64,000 nucleotides of DNA. Origin: the human T2T-CHM13v2.0 reference genome, Homo sapiens. The DNA lies in NCBI RefSeq assembly GCF_009914755.1, contig NC_060929.1; one strand, given 5' to 3'. Position 1 is the stretch's first letter. The number at the start of each line of letters is the position of its first letter. Shown piece by piece: positions 34,021 to 48,133 of the stretch. A program made the position numbers and the translations under genes. The notes under the pieces are model-generated. The model saw only the letters and a list, made by a program, of their open reading frames with translations, was not told the origin of the DNA and made no database searches.

Positions 34021-36889
34021 CAACACCCCACTCCCTCTCAAGGAGCCCTGGCCACTCTTGGGCAAAATATGTGCCCATTTTTGTTGTTGTTGTTGTTGCA
34101 TTTAACCATCCCCATAAGGTCTCATTAAAGCTGAACCTCCTTAAGCTAAAGTCAAATCTAGGAGTGAGAACTGACTCTGGTTCTGAGCCATTAACAATCC
34201 ATTTTACTGCCTGCTTAGTCATCCTCCTGGCTTTTTCTCTGGGTGAGCTGTGGCACAGGTTATTTCTTCTATTCCGACTTGTTCACCTGGAGTTTTCCAG
34301 GTCCGGATCATGGTAAAGTGTCCCTCCATGACCACCCTTTAACTTCTATTATCTCACTAAAATGTCTGTTCTCTAAAACTTTGCTTATTTTTAAAAAGTG
34401 AGTTGAAATAAATGTGGGTTGGATATGGGACTTTAGACTTGGAATTCATTCCATCTTTAGGACCACTGGTGGTCTCAGTGTCATGTGGAGGTGGGGGCAG
34501 ATATTGATAAGGGACATAGGCTAGGCTGATACCTTAATTTGCAGGAAAATAAATGTGCTATCTCACACATGCTTCAGAATAGATAAATAGTCTGTTAGAT
34601 TAAGGAAATGAGTAGACAGCAGGGTTCAGGCTTCTATGTCCTCTTTTCTACAACCTGAGGAGAGTTTACTGACACCGTTTCATGAGTGCATACATTTACC
34701 TGGTGCATATATTTACCTAGGCTAACAAGGCATATTCAACCTCGTTTTGGGGGTAGAGTTGACTTAACTGTGCTCCTCCGTCATGGCCACCTGTATCCCC
34801 ACCTGTGCAAAGTTTCTCTAGTTTTATTGCTTTGTTATCTCTTTATCACTGTTTCTACCTCCTCACCTCCATTCTCTAGTAAACATCCAATGTGTTTAGT
34901 AGCTTCTTTGGAAATAAATGTATCCTTCTAAAATAAAGTGTTATCTGTGTACTTATGCTTTCAATAAAGATAAATGATATTGTGCTACATCGTGAGTAAG
35001 ACGTCAGGGAGTTGGTTGACAGAAGTTCCGGCACTAATGACAAAAGAGGCATGAGCCAATTGATAGAAGGCCTTGTAAGTCATGCTAAGAAATCTGAATT
35101 TTACCCATTGGCAATAGGGGGTAATTGAAAGGTTTTAAAAAGAAGATGTCGCTTTAGGACTCAAGCTTACTTTGACAGCAGTGTGGAAGATGGCTCAGAG
35201 GGGTATATATGTAAATACTAAGCCTGGCACTTAGTACATAGGAACTCCTCAACAAAGACAGCTAGTATTACTTTTCATGCTTTGGTAATCCCTGTCCTAG
35301 TGAACACAGTATAGCTTTAAGACTAAGGGTATGTTCTGAGCGATTCCCTTAAGGAAACTTCTACTGAATTATAAAAAGTATATTGGCCTTTTAAAATAGT
35401 AGCAGAACTATAATAAGAATTGTGAATATGTTTCTTTTTGAGTATATGAAACATTTATTTATGTGCATTTGGGATGCTTTCTCTAGTTTTCTGGGCTGTA
35501 GGGATGATGAGTCGCTTTAGCTGTGTTCATCTGACAGCAGTGGTGAGGATCATTTTCACAGACACATAACAGATCTCACACATATCCGTTCTAAGAACAC
35601 CAGTATAATACAGTTGAATTTAGATAAAAATTCAAAATAAAATAAGCTTCTTAACTAGTGGAGCTTATTTTCAGAGAGAATGGTATTAAAGAATCTGGTT
35701 GTCATCAACCTTTTTATAGTGAGAGCATTACCTGGGTGAAGGTAAAATCTTAAACCCAAACCCTCTCCCACCACCCTTTTTTTATTGCAAGGGAACGTGA
35801 CATCGGTTTATCTGGCATAAGGTTGTAATTAGGTCCAAAGCAAAAAGAAAAAAAATTATAGTTCCTCTTCCTTAGATTTTCTAAAACTGGCAGATGGAGG
35901 GGCTGCCTGCTGCCATGTGGCAGTCACCACCTGCACACTTGCTGTCCTTAGAGAAGACTTGCTGAGAGAGAGTTCTTGTATTAGCATACTATAGTGTTTA
36001 TACTTGTACCTCTGGGATTTCTGTTTGAAGAATAATTGGTCTTTGTATGAAAAACTCTAAATAGATGATACGTTGATGGGCCCCATTCTCTCTTTAGAAG
36101 GAAGGTGGGTGCAGAAGAGAGTACAAAGCCTATGTAATGGAATGAGGCCAGGTTGTTCTGGACAGTTTGTGACCTCCACAGCCATGTAGGGGACATCTAG
36201 GCTGTCCAGAGCTGGCCTCACACCCTCTGTTCATTTGGCAGAGCTGTCATTTTCATCCAAAGGAAAGTTGAAGGATTCTTTGCTCTTCTTGGGAATTTTT
36301 GCAAAGCCTTCATAAATTTCTAAAAGACATTTTTTCCTCAAAGACATCAAATTGTTCTCAAATTTCTTGTTTCTCAAGGACAATCATAAATATTATATAA
36401 ACCAGCTGTGTTTGCTGTCATCTTTGGTCTCATTCCAGTAGAGAATCAATATGGGTAATTTGTCAGTCTTCCTAATCTTCGGTAGCAGTGAGGTGATGTT
36501 GTGTTGTTGCTATTTGGCTTTTGTTTTTGTTTCCTTGGTATTTTTTAGCTGCCAGATCTCTTGGTATGTGTAGAAAACCAGATTAAAAGTTACATCATAT
36601 TTTAGAAAAGTCAAAGATCTAAAAATATGAGATAGAGTTTCATCCTAGAAAATGTTAGTCCTTTTTTCTTTGAAGGAAAGCAAATTCTTGATTTTCTAGT
36701 TATGAATTTTCATACAAAGAACTTATTCATTCTAAGAAATAACTCTATTTCATTGTGAGGTGATGCACCCTGCAACCTGGCCAAATGCTTTCTTGCAGCT
36801 GGATGCCAAGACCTTAAGACCAAAGTGGAGGACTCCTAATAGATGCCCAGAGAATATGGGTTTGAGGGATCACCAAACAAGCCAGATAT

Positions 36890-37120
36890 CATGGTGGTTA
36901 TAGGCGTAGACTTTAATACTAGAGAGAACCAGCTTCAAGTTCCAAATTTACCTCTTATTAATTGTATGACCTTGAGCAAGTGCTTCACTCTTTTCATCTG
37001 TAAAATAGACATTAAAATAGCTAGCTTATAATGTTGTTCTGAGAGTGAAATGAGATAATGCCTGTGAGGAGTATAACACAATGCCTGGCTGTGAGTAACT
37101 GGGTACTAGGTGTCAGTTAT
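36890..37120 (-). mobile_element. MIR
   Basis: TGTATGACCTTGAGCAAGTG...TTTTCATCTGTAAAATAG...GTTGTTCTGAGAGTGAAATGAGATAATG core; similar MIR remnants lie at ~38105-38330, 40110-40250, 42195-42315 and 43930-44100. Confidence 0.7.
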
Positions 37121-37719
37121 TATTGTATTCCAAGAGACCTGAATTTGTTCATGTTTTTTAGGATTCCAGCAGACTCAGTCAGTGTATCTAGAGTCTTCCT
37201 TGACTTCTTTCTTATGGAATATTCTGAAGTTTCTAGTGGCAGCCAGAAATTTCAAGATACAAATGAATGATACTTCAACCACAAATTAAATAAGATTCTT
37301 TAGGTTGTGCCTTCTAAGTCTTGTGGAACCATCCAAGAAACTCAGAAATGTCTCTGAGTTTAAAATACAGAGTAGGAATGAACTGGAGGCCAACTCCCCG
37401 TTGACGAATGTGATTTGTTAGCGGAGAGCCCTATGCTCATATGGTATCTTCTCTGGGACAATCTTTGGAGCATTGGCTCCAGTATACATTTTGCAGACTT
37501 CACGTTTTAATGCGGCCCTCCTTTTTTGTCTTTGGGCAAATATTAAAACTAACTTCCTTGCAGACTTAAAACTTTTTAACTTAAAACAACTTTAACTTAA
37601 GCTAAGTGTGAAGGATTTGAGACCTTTCACTACACCAAAGGGATGCCCCTTCTATTCTGGGTACCCTGTGTTCCTCAACAGTTTATGATTTTTAAATTGG
37701 GTAGGTCTCAACTTAAGCC

Positions 37720-37892
37720 AGGGTTTCTCAAACTCAGCACTGCTCGCATTTTGGAGCAATAATTCTTTGCTCTGCAGGAGAGGGGGTCATCCTGTGCATG
37801 GCAGGATGTTTTGAAATATCCCTCTCCTCTGCCTATGAGATGTCAGTAGCAGCTCTGTCTCACCCCCAGTTATGATAACAGAAATGCTTCTA
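37720..37892 (+). mobile_element. MER20 (hAT-Charlie)
   Basis: CAGGGTTTCTCAAACTCAGCACTG...ATAATTCTTTG...CCTGTGCATGGCAGGATGTTT...CCCCAGTTATGATAAC. Confidence 0.75.
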
Positions 37893-40800
37893 CCCCATGG
37901 AGCAGCTAAGCTGAATGTTCTCACTGTTCTTTGTGTGGGAGTCTCTTCAGTTAACAGAATTAAAACTTGAGATGTTTTTTCCCTCTATTGAACGGTCTGT
38001 TAGAAACTCTTTGTTACCTTTTAATATGTCCTTATACTTAAGAAATATGAATATCCACACAACTTTTCTCAAAAATATCAACAGTGAAAATCAGGGTCTA
38101 GGTGGCAATGAGTAAAGCAGGGTGACTAAGAACATAAGTGATGAAGTCAGACTGGATCTGAATTCAACCTTCCCTCCCTGCTACATGTAAGCTTTGTGAT
38201 CTTGGTCATGTTCCTTTAGGTCTCTTAACCTCAATCTTCTTATCTCCTGTTATGATAGATTACCATTAAGAAATAATGTGTTCAAAGTGATCAATACAGT
38301 GCTTAGAGTGTAGAACTCAATATAAATTGGTTATTTGTATTTTTTCATTTTAATTGTCAAAGAAAAACCCCTCTCTTTAAGTGAATTTCATCTGGAAGGA
38401 TTTCAACAGAATACCCAGAATACAGACATAGCTACTTGCTGCTTACATATCTTACTGTGGTGGAGTCAGAAAGGAAGCCAATGAAATTGGACTTAACTTT
38501 AATATATGCTCTTTTAAATGATGTGCGATATGTGTATTGATTGTCCTTTCAGTAACTTTTTGCAATAATTTGTATGGGTATATCGAATTATAGGAGTAGA
38601 ATCTTCTTTGTAGTGAATGTTAGTATTCTTAAGTGTGTGTCTTTTTCTCTGTTAGGACAATTTTGTTTTTCTGTAGAAGCCACTCCCCAAAAGTGTAATA
38701 GGAAGTAATGGAAAAACTAATACATTATTAAACAGCTGTGAAATTTTGGGGAATGCATTTATTTAATATATAAGGTATGGCTGGTACCTAGAGTGGAGTT
38801 TAAGTATAGGATTTTGTTAGTCTTAGGCTGTGTAATTTGGTGAAGAGTTAATGATACTTTTTGGTGGTCTTGGAACTACTTATGAAGACTCACTTTTTCC
38901 ATCATTGTTCAAATCCAGATAAGGCTTGACCAACAGCATATCCATATAATGGAAAGTCATGTTTTAATACAGTCCCAACATTTTTGCAATCATGGATCTG
39001 CAAATCTGTTTATTAGTAAAGCACATATTACAACAGAGCTTTATAACAGTGCATATATTGTTCTTTATTTGCCCTGTAACCCACATTTTACATTTCAAAA
39101 GTTTGCTTAATTAACTAATAAATTTAACAGTGCCTTTAATTCAGAAAAGGAACAAAAATACTTTATAATCTTTTCAGAATAATTTTCTAGTATTTTTAGA
39201 ACTTTAAAAAGCTGATAGTTAAAAATGTGCAGAAGCTAATGAACCAATTAATTAGTTCCCACCAATATAATGATATACCCTGATGTAATTGTGTGTTTCA
39301 TTTCTGTTCTTGAATATGATTGAAAACCATTAAGACCATCAAATAAGTGTCTTGTTAATACGTTGAAAATACCATTTCTGTCTTTATAATGACAATCAAT
39401 TACAAATGAAGAAAGCTGACATTTACCAATATGGGAGTTTTTATTGTTGTTTAAAATAATCCAGAAACAACTACAAAGGCTTTCTTAATGTTGACATTTT
39501 GAAGAGTGGATCATATCAATTTAGATGATGAAATGTAATTTCTGAGATAATGGATTTGATATCAAAAAAAGTATCTTATCAAAGATAAGATACTGCAGTA
39601 GCAAAATGACATGATTAAATAGATACCATGTTATGGTTCTACATGGCTATTTCTGTTCAAGACACTTGGTTTCCTGGTAAACAAATTGTTACCTTGCTTA
39701 TTGCCGAATTAGCTGGAAAAATTTTCCATACTTTATTTGAAGTGTGTGTGCATTTGGATGTGCTTTTGGCAGAGTTTTTAAAGAAGAAAAGTATTAATGA
39801 AAAGGTTTTATTTTCTCCTCAAAATTTATCAGCGGGAAAAGTCATTGCCTGCACAGATACTTAGAAACTTTTGGTAGCATTAGCTTTTCAATTGATTAGG
39901 GAGAGGAATAGTGAGCTATTTTAATTTTCTGCACCATTTGCCTGGTGCAGTTTAATGAATATTGATTCATACAGATTAATTTGAAATACTAACATTGTAG
40001 GTGGTGCACAGAACATAGAAAAGCTCATTTATTAATGATTTCTTGTCTCCCTGATTAGGTTAGTTTTCACCTGGTATTCTGAAATCAGATAAAGAAGAAA
40101 GAAGAAAATTAAAATTCATTTAGTTTCATTTACGTGCCTGGCACTGGGCTAGGACCTTTCACATAAAATATCTAATTTAATCATCACGACAATCTTAGTT
40201 GTGGAAGATTATGATCTTCATTTTTTTTGTATATAAAGGAACTCTAAACCTCATTCTTAATCTCTTTTCCTCTTAAGACTTAAACTTTCTAATTCTTTTA
40301 CCCCAATGTGCGTAGGAGGAGCTAAATAAATGTTAGCTTGGAAAAAGCGATTTTCTGTTTGGCAATATTTAGACAAATTCTGCCATGTTTTTTTGAAAAG
40401 GCTCATTCTCAGTTTTTTAAAGTCTGCAGCCAGTGACAGCTTCTTCTGCTAGATAACTGTCACCTGAGATATTGCGAAGGGCTGCAATGCCATAGCCACA
40501 ATACTTTGTTTTCTTCAGAGGCAGGTTGGAAATCTAGGATTGAAGTTACAGAGGGCACAAAAGAGTTTATCATTTTGTTTGGCTCTCTAGGCAATAATTT
40601 GATGCTATTTTTAATTAATGCAGGAAGCAAAACAGACCACCACATTTTATTCATTAAAGATTGCATATTCAGGGAACTCAAATTATTTCATGACCCTAAG
40701 CAAACATTACCAATAATAAAGAGGAAATTGACATTCCCTCAAGGGCTTTCCAATAATTTCTAATCACATCAAAGCTTTGACATGTGGCCTAATACTCTAA

Positions 40801-42317
40801 TCCTTTTTCTCCAGCCTCCCTTGGCCATTCCTGCTCCACAGTAACGGGGCAGGAGATGTCGCCAGTCCCCTAGGGAGGATAAAGGATCAGCTCAGTTCTT
40901 TTTCTATGACCATCCTTTGCTGTTTCAATTTGAGGTACTTTGTGATCACCACTGTCCCACTTAACTGTTCTCAACATTTAGTCTCACTCCACAGACATTT
41001 GCCCAGGAGGCTTAGACTGACATTTGCAAACATACTTTGAGTTGTAACCTTCTTTTCCTTCTTTTCTTCTTCTAAGATGAGAACACCTGAGGTGACTTTT
41101 TCTTTTAACTCTGAGCTTCTGATAGATGTTGAGTGATTGATCTTCCTCTAGCTCTGAGGACTGGCCCCTTAGCTTTAACTGGATGTTTGAAGAATGTGAA
41201 GATGCACGGTGAAGGCTCCTCTACAGGCGTAGAGATAGTGTCATGTTTGACCTGCAACTGCGTTATTTGTTTAAATCATTTGTTTTAAAAAAGAGTTTTC
41301 TTAGGTGACATTGTGGTTATATTAGAAGAAAAAAGGGATAGGAGCCCATAGTACCTCAGTGCTTTTCTGGCATTGATAAATCACCAGGAGCAAGCAATCT
41401 ATAATTTCAATTAATATTGCATTTTCAAGAATAGGAATAGCAACATTCTAACCTGTTTCCTAGCTATTTAAATGTTCTCTGAAAGACTGGTTGAGAACAA
41501 AACCAGAACACGAAGTGAAGACATTTGACCTCTACACTAAAAATTGAGTTGTTTTTGTAATTGTATCCTAATATATTTTGAGGATTAAGAGCACATAGGA
41601 ATTCGTCTTGAAATTTCTAGCTGGTTCAAGCTTCTCTCCTTTGTTTTTGACCCAAAAACAGAATGCACGAAAACTACTGAAGAGGCATTAAAAATAATAA
41701 TAATAAAGGACATGGGCTTGGAACCGAAGACACCATGGGCTTCTGATACCTGTAAGAGGGACTAAATATTAATGCATCTGATAAGAAACAAGTGCTAGGA
41801 GACTTTCTTCCCAGAAATTATAGGTCAGGCTAATGTAGGGACTGAAATGTGCTAAAAAATGAATGTCAAATTTCACAGTTACATTACATAGTGATTTAAA
41901 TTAGTTCAGGTTAGTTTAAGGCAACCATTTGTTCCTAGTTAGATCTATATAGTGAACTCTTATTTCAAGGAGTATATTGTTAACTTCCCTAAGTACACAA
42001 CTGATATAAAATCACGGTAAAGCCTATGTTTTAAGAAAGAATTTGAGTTTTCTTAGGGCAATAAGCAATACTCATTCGTTCAAGCTTAGCCTGTAGAAAG
42101 TGTTTTATAATACAGCATTTATTAAATAAATAAAGTGCCTCAGCCAATAATTGTAACACAAACTTCTATTTTTAACATGTTTCAGACCCTACAAAGAGTT
42201 TGAACTTACATGATCCTTATAATGAGTCCATGAGGTAGATAAAGCATATGTGATTATGCCCCTCATTTGTAGATGAGTAATCTGATGGTCAAGTAGGCCA
42301 AATGATTTGTCTGTGGT

Positions 42318-42510
42318 CAGGACCAGCTTCATGGGCATGTGTCCTGTACAGCCCCACAGATTCCTCTGCTCAAAAGGGCTCTGCACTTGGTTTAATGCTC
42401 TGCCATGGCCATGTTGAAATTTTAATAATTTTTGAACAACGGGCCCTGTATTGTCTGAATGCAAATATTACATTTTGTTTTCAAATAAATTCAGAATCCT
42501 AAAGCCGGTG
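42318..42510 (+). mobile_element. MER91A-like (hAT-Tip100)
   Basis: CAGGACCAGCTTCATGGGCATGTG...CTTGGTTTAATGCTCTG...TTGAAATTTTAATAATTTTTGAACAA. Confidence 0.6.
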
Positions 42511-42518
42511 GAGTAATA

Positions 42519-42521
<3 letters not shown>

Positions 42522-42556
<35 letters not shown>
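42522..42556 (+). repeat. Pure A35 homopolymer
   Basis: 35 consecutive A counted directly. Confidence 0.95.
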
Positions 42557-42558
<2 letters not shown>

Positions 42559-45106
42559 AAAACAGGATTAAAAGGCTATTTTTTATCGGACTGTATAAAG
42601 TTAGGTTGCTAAAAAAGAAAAGCAGATTTGTACTACATGCGAAGAGAATGGAAACACTTGATTTAATTGACACAAGTTGCTTAATCCCTTTATACCTCAG
42701 CTTTTCATTTATGGCAAGAAGGTATTATGACTAGTAATGGTTGGTTTGTGGAAGTGTATTACATAATTTAGTAAATGCATTAGGAGGAAGTGTGTTATCT
42801 ATCTATGACACAAAATGGCTTACTAAGTAATAGCCTGAAAAAGGTGATCAGAATTTCCATATTTGGATTTAAAGTTGGCAAAGTGTATGGCTAGGTGGAT
42901 CACAATTCTTTATGATCCACATGGCTGTGTAGTACCCCTGTGCCTGTCCCATAATTTGTCAGGTAATAAAATCCCAGATGTGGTTTCTGTTTTCTGAGAT
43001 GAGTAAAGTGAGGCTCATTCAATACTGTTTATAAAGTATAAGACTCTCTTAAGACTGATTGCCATAGCATAGCCATGTGGAACAGTTGTTTTATTCCCTA
43101 ATGACTTTATTATCTAAGCGGGAGTGAAAGAAAATATTATTTTGGGGTGGAAGGTGGGGTTGGAGGTGGAGGAACTAACAGAGTGGAAATACCAAGCTCT
43201 GATACCAGTCCTAGGCAATTCAACTTAGACAACACTGTCCAGAAAAGCAGTGCCACTTCTAATTCTAGGAATGTCTCTTAAATTGTAATGAAATGTCGCT
43301 AATGTCACTTCTGGCCTTAATGAAAGAATCAGATAATTGTGTTAATAAAGACAGAATTGGCTATGACTCCTGGAAACAAATACAAATATTTGACAGAGCT
43401 GACAGAGTAAGTATGAGGATAATGAAGATAACACCTTAAAATCTAAATAGATTAGAAACCGTATAATTTTATCAGTCTTATGATGCAAATACTGTTGACA
43501 AAGATGGAAAACAGTAAGTAGATGTAAGTGGATTCTTTGTTGTATTTTTATTTTTCTTTTATAACAATATTCTTCTCTCCTCTCTTCCTCCCTTTTCTTC
43601 CTTCCCTTCTTAGAGGATTTAAGACATTGTTATGATAGAGCTGGTAAGGAGTTATTCATTCAATTTATTTTAAATCTCCAAGCCAGTATTGCAGGTCTAC
43701 TATATGAAAGACACTAGCTTGTCACAGGCCTTCACCCTCAAGTCACACTGGAGAGACACATGCACACAATTAACTACAATTCAAGGCAGTGTGCAATATG
43801 CTCTGTAATGGTGGGGTCAGCTTTCTATTCTAGAAAGATTTGTTCCAATAGTAGTAGTGATTAATTTATCAATTGAAAAAGTGTTAAGTTTTTGGGACCT
43901 TTCTAGATAGACTTCCACAAGAGACTGTGTGTCTTAGTGAGAAGGCCTGAGACACAGCAGTCTTGGATTCAGTATCAGCTTTTCCCTTTGTTAACTATGT
44001 CTTTTTGAACAAGACATTAACTTCCCAAACTGTGCTTTCTTTATCAGCTGTATATCATAATATCCCTTGCCTTTTTTGTTGGGTTGTTGTGATTATTATA
44101 TCAGATTTCTCCAATCTGTAAAACATTTCTTGAGCTCCAGTTATATATTCCAGGCTGTGTGCTAGGCACCTGGGACATAGATCAGTAAGATGCTCTGTGA
44201 ACCTGATGAGTTCCCAGTGTATAATGAAAATTGCTAATTCTGATGCTTATAAAGGGCAGGCCTGTATTGTAAATGAGTGAGAAGATACATTAAAAATCAT
44301 GGGGACTGTTGGGATCCCTGATACAATGTAGAAAGCATATCCAGTTTTGATGAGACAGCTACTGCTACCTTTAACTGATTGTGGTTATCCAGGAATGCTA
44401 GTACTACATTTCTAGGCTTTGTTTTCTTAAAATGTAAAATGTGCCTATTGTTAATGTTGACATCCAATTAAAAAAAACTGTCTAAACATTTTGTATGCAA
44501 GATATAACTGAAAGGTGGAATCAACTTATGAGATGGCTGTTTGCAAACTCTAGTCTAGATAGGCATGTATGTGAATCAACCACAGAGGAGATATTAGGTA
44601 TAGGAGTGGAAAAAGCTTAACTTCCAATGAGTCTAGGATGGAATAAAAAAGAATGTGATTTATGTGCCATACGAGACGGTGGTTATATTGGATTCATTAA
44701 TGCCTAAAACCTTGTTCATCACAAAATTGGAGGAGGTGATGTAAACAAAAAGAGAAGCATGCTCAACTCAGTGAATCTGATACTGCTAGGGAGAAAAGGG
44801 AAGACAGAAGTAGATAAGACCAGAAGAAAGAATGAGCAAGATGGCACATGGTCTCACATGACATGCTGAGGAAACTGGATTTTTCTTATCATCGTGGGGA
44901 TAGTGAGCATAGGGGAGGGTCATGGTCAGATTTCCATTCTAGAAAGATTGTTCCAGTAGTACAATGGAGGAGGACTGAAGGGGCATAAGGCTAGAGACCT
45001 GGAGCCTATTTAAGAAAGCTATGGAGTAGAAACGGAAATGATAGAAACAGAAATTAATTTGTAACTTAGAAAGCGTTAATGTGTATGTAGTACTATTCAT
45101 ATATGA

Positions 45107-45616
<510 letters not shown>

Positions 45617-45776
45617 AAGAATTATGGACTCCTAACCACTAGACTGAATTATAAAGAGGTGACATGAAATAAGCTCTAATAATTGATAATCCTACCTACA
45701 CCCCTGGAAGTGAGCCTTTCAACGTTTCTCTGCTTTGGTTACCAGGAACTCCCACTTCCTGGGTGTTCACGAGATT

Positions 45777-46031
45777 AGAGGAGGCAAATGTATATGTCAA
45801 CAGGAGCTGGGAGGTGGTATAAATGTGTGAAGCTGCTGGCTGTCAAAAACAGTTGCTGCTCAGGTCTCACCAATGCTGCTGGACACAAGAAGGAGTTAGT
45901 GTTGCTGTATTCAAGAGAAGCTGGAAATCTGAATTTTGGTGAAATCTCCCAATTTTTATATGTTGGCAAAACATTCAGCATTTTTTAAAAACCCTGTTCA
46001 GACCAAACAAAACACATCTGTTTGCTAAATA
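45777..46031 (+). mobile_element. MER102-like (hAT-Charlie)
   Basis: TCAAGAGAAGCTGGAAATCTGAATTTT...AAATCTCCCAATTTTTATATGTTGGCAA...CCAAACAAAACACATCTG; a second diverged copy lies at ~44230-44552. Confidence 0.6.
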
Positions 46032-47883
46032 AGCCACCGACCTTGCCTCTGCTAAGCCTCTTGTTGAAGGAGTAATTTTCTGAACTTTTAATTTATACAG
46101 TTTCTTAATATTAAATGCTAGATATTACTGAATAACAAGCCTAAGTCACAGCTGGGAGATATGAACTCTCTTCCATGTCTGTATCAGCCATCTGGTATAG
46201 CTCTCAGCCACATGAATCCTTTAGAAACAGCAGTGGGTGTAGTCTCAAGGCCTGTGATCTAAAATGGGTAGTTATTTTGTCCTAAAATATGTCTGTTTGA
46301 TCATCTATTCAACAGGAAAAATTCTTGAGTGCAGTGTTTTGACATAGTATAATTATATCTCATGCCTCAAAATCCTTTTCTTCTCCAGAAACAATAACAG
46401 ATGCTGTTGATGTTTAAAAAGCTGCCTGGAACACCAAAGGGAAATTTCTTAATTCTGCCCTTAAATAGATTTATCATTTGTTAATCTCCTTCAATCACAA
46501 GTTTTGTCAACATTTTCAATTTACTCTTAATAAATGCATAAAGAATAAACATATTATTTTCCCTTCTGTAACAATCATGACTGAATCAAATTCAATAAGG
46601 TGATAAAAATTAAGACTATGGGGGAAGACTTCTGCTTGTGAGAATCAAAGGTACTACACTTGCCCTTCTTCTATAAACAACCTAGACTATAGTTATAAGA
46701 CAGTTGTTTTCAGGCATTGAGAAATGGGCAATAAAGGGCTGTGATCATTGAGAGAAGGGAAACACAGGTGAGTACCATATTCACCTGGATTCTCTAACTG
46801 GGACAATGAATGATGAGATTTTTTGAGACGAAGTAGAAACAAATGTGGAGAAGCTGAGAGGTAACAGAGATCTTTGAGGGTAGGTAGGCATGTACAACTG
46901 GAAGACATTAGATCTCTGGCCAGGCCAGGGTGGAGAAACATTGCTGATCACCTCAGATATTTATTTGAGACCTCAAAACGATCACACTTAAATAAGAAGG
47001 ATCACGTCCTAGGGCAAGGACCATGACACAGAATCAATATCAAAATTCAAATAGTTTTATCCTAATAACAAATAAAACCAAACTTGATAGGATCAAAAGG
47101 ATTTATCAGCAATGTAACTGCCTGCTACTAAAAAAAGGTAAACTCTGTTTAAAAGTAGATAACATAATCCAGACTCTCTAGTGTGTATCATTTAAAAATA
47201 TCTATCATACAATTTAAGAAATTACTAGATATTCAAATAAGCAAGAAATTGTGACCTAGAATCAGGGTGGGGTGGGTGTAGGGAGAGTCAATAAAATAGA
47301 CTTGGAGATAATACAGATGTTGGAATTAGAAGATAAAGACTGTAAAACAAATTATTAATATATTCAAGAACATGAAGCAAAATATGGGCATAATAAACAT
47401 AGAGAATGTTTCAGCACAGAAATGGAAACTATGTAAAAGAGCCTAATGGGAATTTTAGAATTGAAAAGTACATTATATGAAATTTAAAATGAATAAGCTT
47501 AAGAATGGATTAAAGGCTGCAAAAGAAATAGTGAACTTGAAGAGAAATCAATAGAAATTGTCCAATCTGAAGAATAGAGAGAAAAGCAACTGGTAAAAAG
47601 GAACAGTCTTAACAACTTGTGGGAAAATATCAAGAAGGCTATCATAAATGGAATATATGTCTCAGAGGGAGTGGAGAGTGATAAATGGGCAGAAAAAATA
47701 TTTACAGATGTAAGAGGAAGGCATTTTCCAAAGCTGGTAAAGAACATTACAGGTTCAAGAGGCTTACTGAACAGCAAACATGGTAAATGCAAAGAGAACC
47801 AAAGGTAGGCATATCCTCAAAAGCCAGAAACCAAAGATAAAGAGAAAATCTTAAAAGGAACCATGAAACAAAGATATGATATA

Positions 47884-48133
47884 CAGACAGTCCTATACTT
47901 ACGATTTTTTTTACTTTATGATGGGTTTATCAGGGCAAAATCCCATAGCAAACTGATGATTTCTACTAAATGCATATCATGTTTGCACTATTGTAAAATC
48001 AAAAAATCACAAGTCAAACCACTTGTAAATTGAGGACCGTTGGCTGTGTTGCCAGCATTAAATGCATTTTCCACTTATGATATTTTCGATATACAGTGAG
48101 TTTATTGGGACCCTGTAAGTCAAGGAGCATTTG
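47884..48133. mobile_element. Rearranged MER47-family MITE
   Basis: Termini TA|CAGACAGTCC and GGAGCATTTG, with an internal oppositely oriented MER47 terminus. Confidence 0.7.

Noticed and set aside
33758-34316. Overlapping 169-aa (+) and 154-aa (-) ORFs, among the longest non-L1 ORFs
   Set aside because: They have non-ATG starts, overlap an L2 remnant and a (GTT)n run, and show no recognisable domain; chance ORFs.
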